64,000 nucleotides of DNA from Hydrolagus affinis (lineage: Eukaryota). The DNA is taken from the NCBI GenBank assembly GCA_012026655.1, contig JAAILG010000022.1:1-64000 (forward strand). The letters run 5' to 3'. A program made the position numbers and the translations under genes. Shown here piece after piece: positions 1-8,800 of this stretch. Below the pieces are notes generated by a model. It was not told the origin of the DNA. It did not search any database and saw only the letters and a program-made list of their open reading frames with translations. Numbering within the stretch: the stretch's first letter is position 1; each line of letters opens with the position of its first letter.

Positions 1-144
1 TTATTTAGGGAGAACAGGTCTATTAGGCTATGGGGAGCGGGCAGGGCAGTGGGATTGAATCGCTCTTTTCAAAGAGCCGGCACAGACTAGATGGGCCGAA
101 TGGCCTCCTTTTGTGCCGTAAAATTCTATGATTCTATGATTCTA
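1..144 (+). mobile_element. CR1 LINE 3' end
   Basis: gatgggccgaatggcctcct stem followed by an (ATTCTATG)n tail typical of CR1. Confidence 0.85.
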
Positions 145-328
145 AGAAAAGAATAGGAAAATAGCCTGGGAATACCCTGACTACTGCACCCTGCACTACT
201 CGAACATGCCTTCTGGTAGACTTGATGGTTTTTAATGAGGATGAAAATTACAAATGGAACAAAGGAGACCAAAAGCAGTATGTAATTGGAGCAATTTTGG
301 AATATAATTTTGAAACTACCATTCTTAC

Positions 329-424
329 CTTGGTTGAATTAAATAAAGCCATGCCAATGATGCTGGACTCTTTGGCCATAGTATCTCTGGGATTTATTTC
401 AATGGAACCTCTGCTACCAACAAT
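329..424 (-). CDS. CRYZ: CRYZ penultimate coding exon ([32 protein letters not shown])
   Basis: 96 bp; TAG acceptor, GTAAG donor. Confidence 0.95.
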
Positions 425-3400
425 CTACAAATTAAAAGGAAAATTCACAGAAAATGTAGTTGAGAAAAAAGATAAATACTATCACCATTAGTATGATGAT
501 GATGTTTAAGAACTGCTTTATCATAAAATTATTTCAATGTGTTGATCACGTTACTTACAATCACCCTGCCATGGTTTGAAATAAGTTGCAAATCATTGCT
601 CAGATTTATATTGGCCATCATTTCTATGATTATATTTACTCCTTGAGCACCTGTATATTCCTGAAAAAAAATCAAGCAAAGATTAATTCCCCAACTAATA
701 AGTTTAAGAGGCTGAGCATTGTGTAATCCAACATGGAAATCAATTATTTATGAAGCACCAACCAAATAAACAACAATATTACATTTATATACTGTAGCAC
801 TTTTCATGTCGGGAAGACATCCCAAGGTGCTGAACAGTCAGGTCGGGTCCAGAGCAGGAGGGGGAGGGGTCGGGTTAGAGGGAAGGAGAGTAGGAGAATT
901 GACAGTATATTTGTGGACGAAACGCGGCAGCCAATTGTGCACAGTAGTGTCCCACAAACAGTCGTGGAAGTGGGGTTAGGGGAGAAAGGGGGAAAAGAGG
1001 GTAAGGGGAAGAGGGAGGGAAAGGTGGGGTGGGGTAAAGTCAGGAAGGAAAAGGGGGGAAGAAAGGGGGATGAGGGGGGAGAGGGAGGGAAAGGTGGAGG
1101 GGGGGGGTTAAAATGGGTTTCAGGGAGAAATGGGGGACATAGTATCGTACAGACATAGCAGCTGCTGAATGCTAGTACGGTGATAAAGAAATACTAAATC
1201 GTTAAAAAGCAGCCTTGACATAGGCTGACAAGGAGGAGTACACCGACTGAACCAAACTCCTCATCACAAGTAAAGTTATCTAGTACAGTACTGCACAACA
1301 TTCTGCTTCATTCACAATGCACAAGGTTGCACATCACATATGTGACTTCTAATTTGAAACCGCATTACCACACTGATATGAATGCTGCTTATGCACAAGA
1401 AATGATTCTGTACGTTACTGATATCTGGGATGTAATATAAACCTACATTGATACCTATGAAAAAGTTAAGCACACATGCATAAATGCTTATGTCATAAAC
1501 AAAGAATTTAATGGAGATCTGTTGAAAATAACTGAAACTTTAGGGGGCAAAATTGATAGTCAAACATGACAATTGGTGGTCCGCATATATTGTTAGTTTT
1601 CCTCAATAGCATATTTGCATGGAAGCTCATTTCTGCAGTAATTGTAATCCTCTGGCTATGTCAGGATCAGACACATGCTACATAATTCAATAGTATCCAC
1701 ACCCATAAATGTCTCAAAAATGTAATAAATTCATTAAAAATTTAAATATGTAACCAGATTATTTCATACCTTAATCTTATCAATATATCCAGACTCTCTG
1801 TGATTGAAGGTCTTGGAAGCACCATTCTTTTCAACTATAGCCAGTCCATCCTGAGTCCCAGCGGTACCAAGCACCTTTAAGCCAAATGCTTTAGCAATCT
1901 GGCATGTTGCTACACCAACCTGAAAATTAACATGATGAATGCATTTTATCTTTATCAATAGGTTGCATAAACAATTACAATTACAGTTGCAAGCAAATGT
2001 CTAGAACCCTTTCAACCCTAATTACTTTCTGCTTCATAATCCATTCTGATTCAATCAAAATGTTTACACATTTATGCAAAGCAGGAAATTGGTATTTAAT
2101 GTGTCTGTGTTTTCACTATTAAAAACCTTTTAGCTTCCTTGTCCCAAATGCTATAGTATATATATATTGATAATATATTAAGTGTAACATTCAGATATCT
2201 ATCTCATTAAACTCTGTAAAAATGTTTTCTCTTCTATATTAGTCAATATTTAATCACTTCAATCCACGACAGTTTGTGGGACACTGCTGTGCATAATTGG
2301 CTGCCATGTTTCACCCATAAAATATAGTCAATTCACTTTACAGTAAATTCTGGGAAGCGTTTTGAGACGTCTCAAAGACTTGATAAAGCAGTATATCAAA
2401 TGAAAGGATTATTACTGTTATATTTAAATACTAATTTTGATTTCAGTTTGGATTCTAGCTGTGTAATCAAAACAGAATCATTTTGTAACATAACACATGC
2501 TTCCATAATTGTTCTTTACTCAGTAGAAAATTGGTACGTACAAGATGTTAGTGCACTCCCAAACAGCCTATAACTTATTTATCTACGCAAGTGATGCAAG
2601 TGAAATTTTACACCTCTGCTTTCTAACAACTCCATTCGCTGTAACATTCCATAAATGCAGCAGATTTCAGTCATCACAGAAGCTATAGCAAACCCAGAAT
2701 TATAATCTTACCCCTCCACTTGCTCCATGAACCAGCACACTTTCTCCTGGTTTTGCATTTGCTCTAAACCAGAAAGAGGTGCAAATGAAAGCATCGCCTA
2801 ATTGGGCTTATTCCATAACAATGGAAATATTCAGTGGATTATAAAACAAATAAATAACCACAAACATATACCACCAAATCATTAAGCGATTTAATACATT
2901 TGCATTAGAATTTCTTCTTATTGAACAATAATTCTGAATCGTAGCACCTTTCTTGAAAAAAAAGCTCACAATGTCTTACTTGTGGAAGAGAGCACGATGT
3001 GCAGTAAAGTACGCAATTCCTATTGCTGCTCCTTGCTTGTAGTTTAGGGCATTGGACAACGGGTAAACTGAGTCATCTGAAGCAACTGCATACTCTGCAT
3101 ATCCACCAGTGATGGTTCTACTTGTAAAGACACGATCACCTTTCTCTCAGAGAATAAAGATGCATTGTCATTAACTGAGTTTAACATTATGTACAAATAG
3201 ATTTTCACACCATTTTAAAAAGCTGTACACTTTCAAGAAGTTTTTCTCAATAACTTGTCAGAGAACCAATGCCAGTCACACCAGTCCATATAAGAGAGCT
3301 ATTCAGATTAATGTCTCAAAAGGCTCAATTACGAATAGAACACATTAAATTGGACAAAAAAATGAACGTTTCATATGCCATAAACACATCTTGACAGATT

Positions 3401-4018
3401 CCATTTTGGTGAAATTCTCCAATCTATCTTTAAATATAGTTTAATCTCGAAAACGACCTATTCTATTATCAATCTTTTGGATCATCATAAAATGGAACTA
3501 ATTACCTTAAATTTAGTTACATATTCTCCCACTTGTTCCACAACTCCAGCGACTTCATTGCCCGGTGTCCAGGGCAAAGTGGGCTTCCGAGCATAAGTCC
3601 CAGAACGAATATATGTTTCAACTGGATTTACCCCACAAGCAACAACTTTGATTAGAACCTAAATGGAAAAACACATTCTTCATAGTTGTCCGATCAGTAA
3701 TGTAACCAAAACTTCTACTGGTCCAGAATTATTTGAGATCTCCAGCTAGAATCAGCAAACTGGATTGGTTTACTTTATTATCATATTAACTTGGGTCTGG
3801 ATTTGTGCCCTCCTATCATGCATGAAGAATGACTCCCCTAATCAATTGCAGAATAGTTACTTACCCTATCATTTTTCAGTTTAAAAAGCTGGATGTACCT
3901 GATTTTCCATTGGGTTAGGAATAGGAGTATCAGATTGTAACTTGAGGACTGCTGGTCCTCCAAACTCTGAAACTCGAACAGCCCGCATTAATAATCCAGT
4001 TGATCTCCCAGAAGCCAT
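329..4018 (-). CDS. CRYZ: Zeta-crystallin / NADPH:quinone oxidoreductase, 3'-partial. Coding exons: complement(join(329..424,559..660,1770..1919,2712..2763,2980..3143,3506..3658,3899..4018)) = 279 codons; final exon outside window
   Basis: Spliced translation [27 protein letters not shown]...[15 protein letters not shown]...[11 protein letters not shown]...[17 protein letters not shown] is recognisably CRYZ. All introns are GT-AG and phases are consistent. Kozak context GCCATGG. Head-to-head with TYW3 as in mammals. Confidence 0.97.
559..660 (-). CDS. CRYZ: CRYZ coding exon ([34 protein letters not shown])
   Basis: 102 bp; tttttttcag acceptor, GTAAG donor. Confidence 0.95.
769..1110 (-). mobile_element. 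Chimeric L2-tail/Deu-segment retroelement with polypurine tract
   Basis: L2-type tail (GTT microsatellite, ccttgggatgtc) joined to the Deu segment gtgcacaattggctgccgcgtttcg; a second copy lies at 34545. Confidence 0.75.
1770..1919 (-). CDS. CRYZ: CRYZ coding exon ([50 protein letters not shown])
   Basis: 150 bp within ORF 1764..1958; CAG acceptor, GTATG donor. Confidence 0.96.
2254..2414 (+). mobile_element. Deu-type SINE 3' half
   Basis: gtttgtgggacactgctgtgcataattggctgcc...tatatcaaatgaaaggattatta, matching >10 other copies in the window. Confidence 0.85.
2712..2763 (-). CDS. CRYZ: CRYZ coding exon ([17 protein letters not shown])
   Basis: 52 bp; start of the Rossmann GASGGVG motif; AG/GTAAG boundaries. 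Confidence 0.95.
2980..3143 (-). CDS. CRYZ: CRYZ coding exon ([54 protein letters not shown])
   Basis: 164 bp; GDRV and GGYAEY motifs of the MDR family; donor GTAAG. Confidence 0.95.
3506..3658 (-). CDS. CRYZ: CRYZ coding exon ([51 protein letters not shown])
   Basis: 153 bp, flanked by AG and GT, contains GVNPVETY motif. Confidence 0.96.
3899..4018 (-). CDS. CRYZ: CRYZ first coding exon ([40 protein letters not shown])
   Basis: ATG at 4018-4016; acceptor AG at 4026-4025 (exon starts 4024); donor GT at 3898-3897. Confidence 0.95.
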
Positions 4019-4740
4019 GGCAATCTATAATGAAATCAAATAATTGCAGTTTTTGATTGATTAATTTCACTGTATTCTCCTTGGTGTATTGCCTATTTCA
4101 ATAACAAATATATCTTTGTACTTTTTGAATTACATTTGTGTCAAGGATAATAAAAAAAAGTGCAATAGTATAATTTATGTAAAATACAATGATCCGAATT
4201 CCGAGCTGAAATAACTCATTGCAAGATTCAATAAATCAGTGGATAAATTGTTTGTTGGATTTAAATGTTATAAAACAATAATAATGATAAATGTATTTAA
4301 AATAGCCCTTTCAAGTCTACATAATACAGCACAATGGTTTATGCAATATGGATAAATAATAAAGCATTCGATATAGCATTCTTCATTTCTGGAGGACCTC
4401 TCAAAATACTACACAGGATTTCTTGTATTTTATAGGCAAACAAACATGTAAAAGAAATCAGCTAAATTTTTAAAAACAGGTATGGATTGATTGGTCTGAA
4501 TAATATTCAAGATTTTTCATTATTCTTGGGGATTGGGAGTTTTACCTGTTTATTACCTGCTAAGGCAAAAAAAAAGGGTGGTGGGCGTATCAGGGAACAT
4601 ATTTGTAGAACTTTCCTTTGATTACCTCAGTGATATAAATCCTTAATAGCTTTCTCATGGTAAACTTTTTTGGGGGAAATCCTATGTGTTGAGCTCTCTG
4701 GCAGATTGTGTTTCCCGATGATTGGGTAAAGGAGTCTATT

Positions 4741-4951
4741 CGGGGGGCACTCAATAGTCCGAAGGTTCGATAGCCCGAACACACAAATTTCCTATACCCG
4801 GGGCGGTTACCGTGGTTACCGCTCGATAGTCCGAAAATAAGGTTCGTTAATCCGAACATTTGGTGCGATAGTCTGAAGGTTCATTAGTCCAAATGTTAGG
4901 GTTAGGGGAAGCTTCGGACTAGCGAACCTTCGGACTATCGAGCTGTAACCG
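4741..4951. mobile_element. MITE-like foldback element with 16-mer array and TTAGGG repeats
   Basis: 22-bp inverted repeat (4814-4835 vs 4929-4950, 1 mismatch); repeated GATAGTCCGAAGGTTC unit. Confidence 0.7.
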
Positions 4952-4993
4952 TCTTATTCGCACCCCTCCTCCAGAGTGTCCAAAGGATGTATA

Positions 4994-5335
4994 TAATAAT
5001 AATCAGCATGGTATTTGATTTGGCACTTTATCACGTCTTCGAGACATCTCAAAATGCATCACAGAAATATATTGCAAAGTAAATTAACCGTATATTTTGT
5101 GGGCGAAACGCGGCAGCCAATTGGACACAGCAGCGTCCCACAAACAGTGGTGGATTGAGTGACACTTTGTTTTAAAAAAGAATAGTGATCCGCCAATCGA
5201 CTAACAACCAGGTTCCTGCTACTTACAGCTGGGTAACAAGAGACATGTGAAATACAGAGACTTGCTCAATGTTTCGCCCTGTCTGGAATCGAACCCGCAC
5301 CCCCGTGCTCTAACCACTGAGCTACAGGGATCCAC
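4994..5335 (-). mobile_element. Near full-length tRNA-derived Deu-type SINE
   Basis: tRNA head with A box (tagctcagtgg) and B box (ggttcgattcc), central body, Deu segment and (TTA)n tail. Confidence 0.88.
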
Positions 5336-5629
5336 CCAGAAGGGATATAATCTTTATTACAGGTGGCACCATCCCATCTCATGGCCCAAACTGCAACCAA
5401 ACCTCTTCATTCGCTCTCAGGCAGGATCTGGTTTGACAAGAATTTAGGCCATTGCAACATTTTACATCTGTTCGTTCCTCCTCCTCCCTCCCCTCCCTCC
5501 TCCTCTCTCCTCCCTTTCTCGGAAGGGGGATCTCCCCAACCTTTGATTAAAAGCGATGAATCACAACTTAACCGTATCACACTGTGGTGTAGAAGAGGGA
5601 AACCGACCCCCCGCGGGACCCTTCCTCAC

Positions 5630-5690
5630 CTCACGCACGTCAATCACCGCGTTACACAGGAAAGGGAAGCCGCCGCGTGACCCGGAGTCG
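5630..5690 (-). other. CRYZ: Probable non-coding exon 1 of CRYZ (5' boundary approximate)
   Basis: The ATG exon has an acceptor 6 nt upstream of ATG, so an upstream UTR exon is required. The best donor in the CpG island is GAG|GTGAGG (GT at 5629-5628). Confidence 0.5.
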
Positions 5691-5720
5691 TTAAGATTCA
5701 AAAATTTAAACGCGGGCCCA

Positions 5721-5885
5721 ATGGAACGGTTCGGCCTGTGGAAGCGGCAGCGACTGAGCGGCGCCGACCTGAGCAGGAAAGGCGCTGTGGACCAGGCGAT
5801 CAGCCACATCGTGGGCTTTATCAACAGCCTGGAGCAGTTCTTCACCACCAGTTCGTGCTCCGGCCGCACACTCTTAATAGACTCG
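5721..5885 (+). CDS. TYW3: TYW3 exon 1
   Basis: [21 protein letters not shown]...[14 protein letters not shown], then donor GTGAG at 5886. Confidence 0.95.
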
Positions 5886-8800
5886 GTGAGAAATGCACTC
5901 AGCTTTCTACCTCTCTCCCCCCCACCCCCCCACCACCACCACAACACCACCGAGATGCTGCCCCTCGGCATGTATTTACAACACAACAGCAAAACTACAT
6001 TTGTCTAGCGCCTTTCACGTCGGGAGGACGTCCCAACAAGTCTGAGTTATAGCACCCATCACCTTGGGTACTGTACACCTACCCCCTAACTAACCTGCCC
6101 ACTAACTAACCTGCCCCCTAACTAACCTGCCCGCTCCCTCCGCTCAGTGGGCTTCAAGCTGCTCCCTCGACCCACCCACCCACCCTACCTTTGGTGGTTG
6201 AGCCTTCAGCCACTCTGCCCCAACCTTTGGATTTGCATCCCGCAGTGCCCCCCCCCACCCTCCTTTGCCNNNNNNNNNNNNNNNNNNNNNNNNNNNNNNN
6301 NNNNNNNNNNNNNNNNNNNNNNNNNNNNNNNNNNNNNNNNNNNNNNNNNNNNNNNNNNNNNNNNNNNNNGGCGAAGCGAGTGAGGAAGGAGTTCCAGAAC
6401 CTCGGGGCGTAGTGGCTAAAGGCACGGCCGCCGAGGGTGGAGCGGAGGATTCGGGGGACATAGAGGAGGCCAGAACCAGAGGAGTGAAGGCAGCGGGTGC
6501 TGGGTTGGGGGGAGAGGAGATCAGAGAGATACGGGGGTGCAGAGGAGTGGAGAGATTTGAAAACAAGGGTGAGGATCTTGAAGTCGATCCTCTCTGGGAT
6601 AGGGAGCCAGTGAAGTCTGGCAAGGACTGGTTGCCAGACTTCACTGGCTGGGGGAGCGAGTAATGCGGAGTAATGGGGGAGCGAAGCTTAGAGCGGGTGA
6701 GTATGCAGGCGGCAGAGTTTTGGATAAGCTGGATTTTGTGGATTGTGGTGGAGGGGAGACCGGCGAGGAGGGCGTTGAAATACCTAATGTATTCCGGAAT
6801 TAAGTGAACTGATGCATCCCTCCAGAGTGAGTGCACAAGATTCATTTCCAGACGGGGGAATCACCATGTGTATTTGCCACATGTGGAGCTCTGATTGCTT
6901 TGGATAGTCTTTAATCATAGGGATGGGTTTCCACATGTGTCGAACACTTACTGACCCCCAAAAAAAGCCTCTTCCAGTGTATCTATTCATTGCTCTAGTC
7001 CCGAATTGATGGCTTTGGCCATTCATGTAGCTTCTGAACACTTGTGCATCTTGTTGTAGGAAAACAGCTGTGATTCAGACAAGTCAGCCCCATTATTTAA
7101 AGAAGGTTTTAATAATGTGCTCTGGTTCTTACACAGCACTCAATGATCTAATGTCCATTTCTGGCAGCCAGTTTTGACGTCCCCTCTGACATAATTTTGT
7201 CATTCATTTTTATTTTGTTTAGGGCCTTGATGTTACCAAAATACAGAAACAGAACTGCTCCTGGCTGTTTGTCACTCACCAGAAGTGTCAGAAAGAAGAT
7301 GTGGTATGTTACTTACTACCTGTAATACCTGTACTTTGTTTAACCAATTGTGCTGAATGCTTTCAATGCATTTCTGTTAGCAAAAACATTTCAAAAGAGA
7401 GCTTACTCATGCACTTGTATTGCAAATCTGAGTTATACATACAATTTCCATTTATATAGTATCCTTCACTTTGGGGTCGTGGGGAAGGGACAAGATCTGA
7501 AATTTTACAACACGTAACCAATAAGTATTTAAGTGAAGTTCAACACTAACCCAGATTGTATGGAGCAAATTATGCTTTGATCCTAACAGTGGCTGTCAAC
7601 TATATTGACAGCCACTGTAATTTCTAAGTGTACCAATGCTTAGTTGAATATTTGTGGGACCTATGGGTTCGTTATGCCGCATTTTGATCCAAAAGAGCAC
7701 CTTCTCAAGTTAATAAAATGTTATTTGTCCAGTATCAACTTTTATAACTACTGTAGTGTAACCAGTGATGCCTTGTATGAGGTTTCTGGATTGCAAATTG
7801 TTTAAATTTGGAGATTACAGCTCTGCATGTAAGCTTGTTGTAGCTAAACCACTGCTGTGAGTGCTGGTCTCTCAATTGTTTTCTGATACTTTTCTGTCTT
7901 GCATCCCATAGATCAAGGGGCTTCAGAAAACATGTAATGATGCAATATTTAAATTTGAACCGTTTGTTCTACATGTTCAGTGCAGACAATTGGAAGATGC
8001 ACAGCTGTTGGTAAGAATACATTTAGCAGAAACTGAATATATTAAAATAGATATACATTTCTACTGAGAGGTCGATTTCAAATTTTTTTTTAGTATTATT
8101 CCTCTTGCATTTATTTATAAAATTGGGAATCCAAAACAAATTAATTTAATTTCTAAATTGAAGAATAATGAATTAGAAAATTGAAAACAAATGCGTTAGT
8201 GTTTGGTATAAGTACTTGTAGTGTGTTTGAGTCTAAAATGTGTTTTGTGGTTAGTTATTTTATTCAATTAATATTCTTCTGGGTTACAGCACTCTGTGGC
8301 TATTAATGCTGGCTTCAGGAACTCTGGAATCACAGTTGGCAAGAAAGGAAAAATAATGATGGTAAAGTAATTTTTGGCATTACTTCATTAAACGTTATTT
8401 ATTTGTCCTGATTCATACCACATTTCCTCAGATAATGATCAGCATGTTAATGATGGATAGCTGTGGGAATTCAATTCTGAATAACCTGAACTAAGCTCTT
8501 AATGATAGTAGTGGCACTGCAATTAATCTCCCAGGAATTTAGACATGAGGAAATATTGTATTTAAAGTTAACCTCTGCACAATGTTTCATTCTTCTTTAT
8601 GATTATATTTAGCCCTAGGAGGTCACCCTGGACTAACAAATAATTGGGGCATTTGCAGTAATCGCTCTTACCTTCACTGTTTTGCTATTTTAACATTATT
8701 ACTAACTTAGAAGTAAGAGGTTATAAACTCCACACAATTATGAATGTGCTTACAGTTTAACAGCAAAATTTAACATGCATCTTAACCAATGAAACATTAG

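Larger units (their letters stand above)
5560..5890. promoter_or_regulatory. CpG island / bidirectional promoter shared by CRYZ and TYW3
   Basis: High GC and CpG density against an AT-rich, CpG-depleted background; lies between divergent genes; CRE-like TGACGTG on the minus strand at 5636-5642. Confidence 0.8.

Noticed and set aside
222-491. 89-aa plus-strand ORF
   Set aside because: Antisense shadow of CRYZ exon 329-424; no independent protein signal
4741-4951. CRISPR-like reading of the repeated 16-mer
   Set aside because: Vertebrate intron, irregular spacing, orientation switch, no unique spacers and no cas genes
5363-6052. Several overlapping ORFs of 100-150 aa on both strands
   Set aside because: They arise from low stop-codon density in the CpG island and read-through of TYW3 exon 1 into the intron; only 5721-5885 is supported
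6144-6845. 233-aa minus-strand ORF
   Set aside because: Frameshifted L2 fragment spanning an N gap, not a gene
8430-8490. Possible C/D snoRNA in TYW3 intron 4
   Set aside because: The C box is imperfect (ATGATGG), there is no terminal stem, and the length is too short
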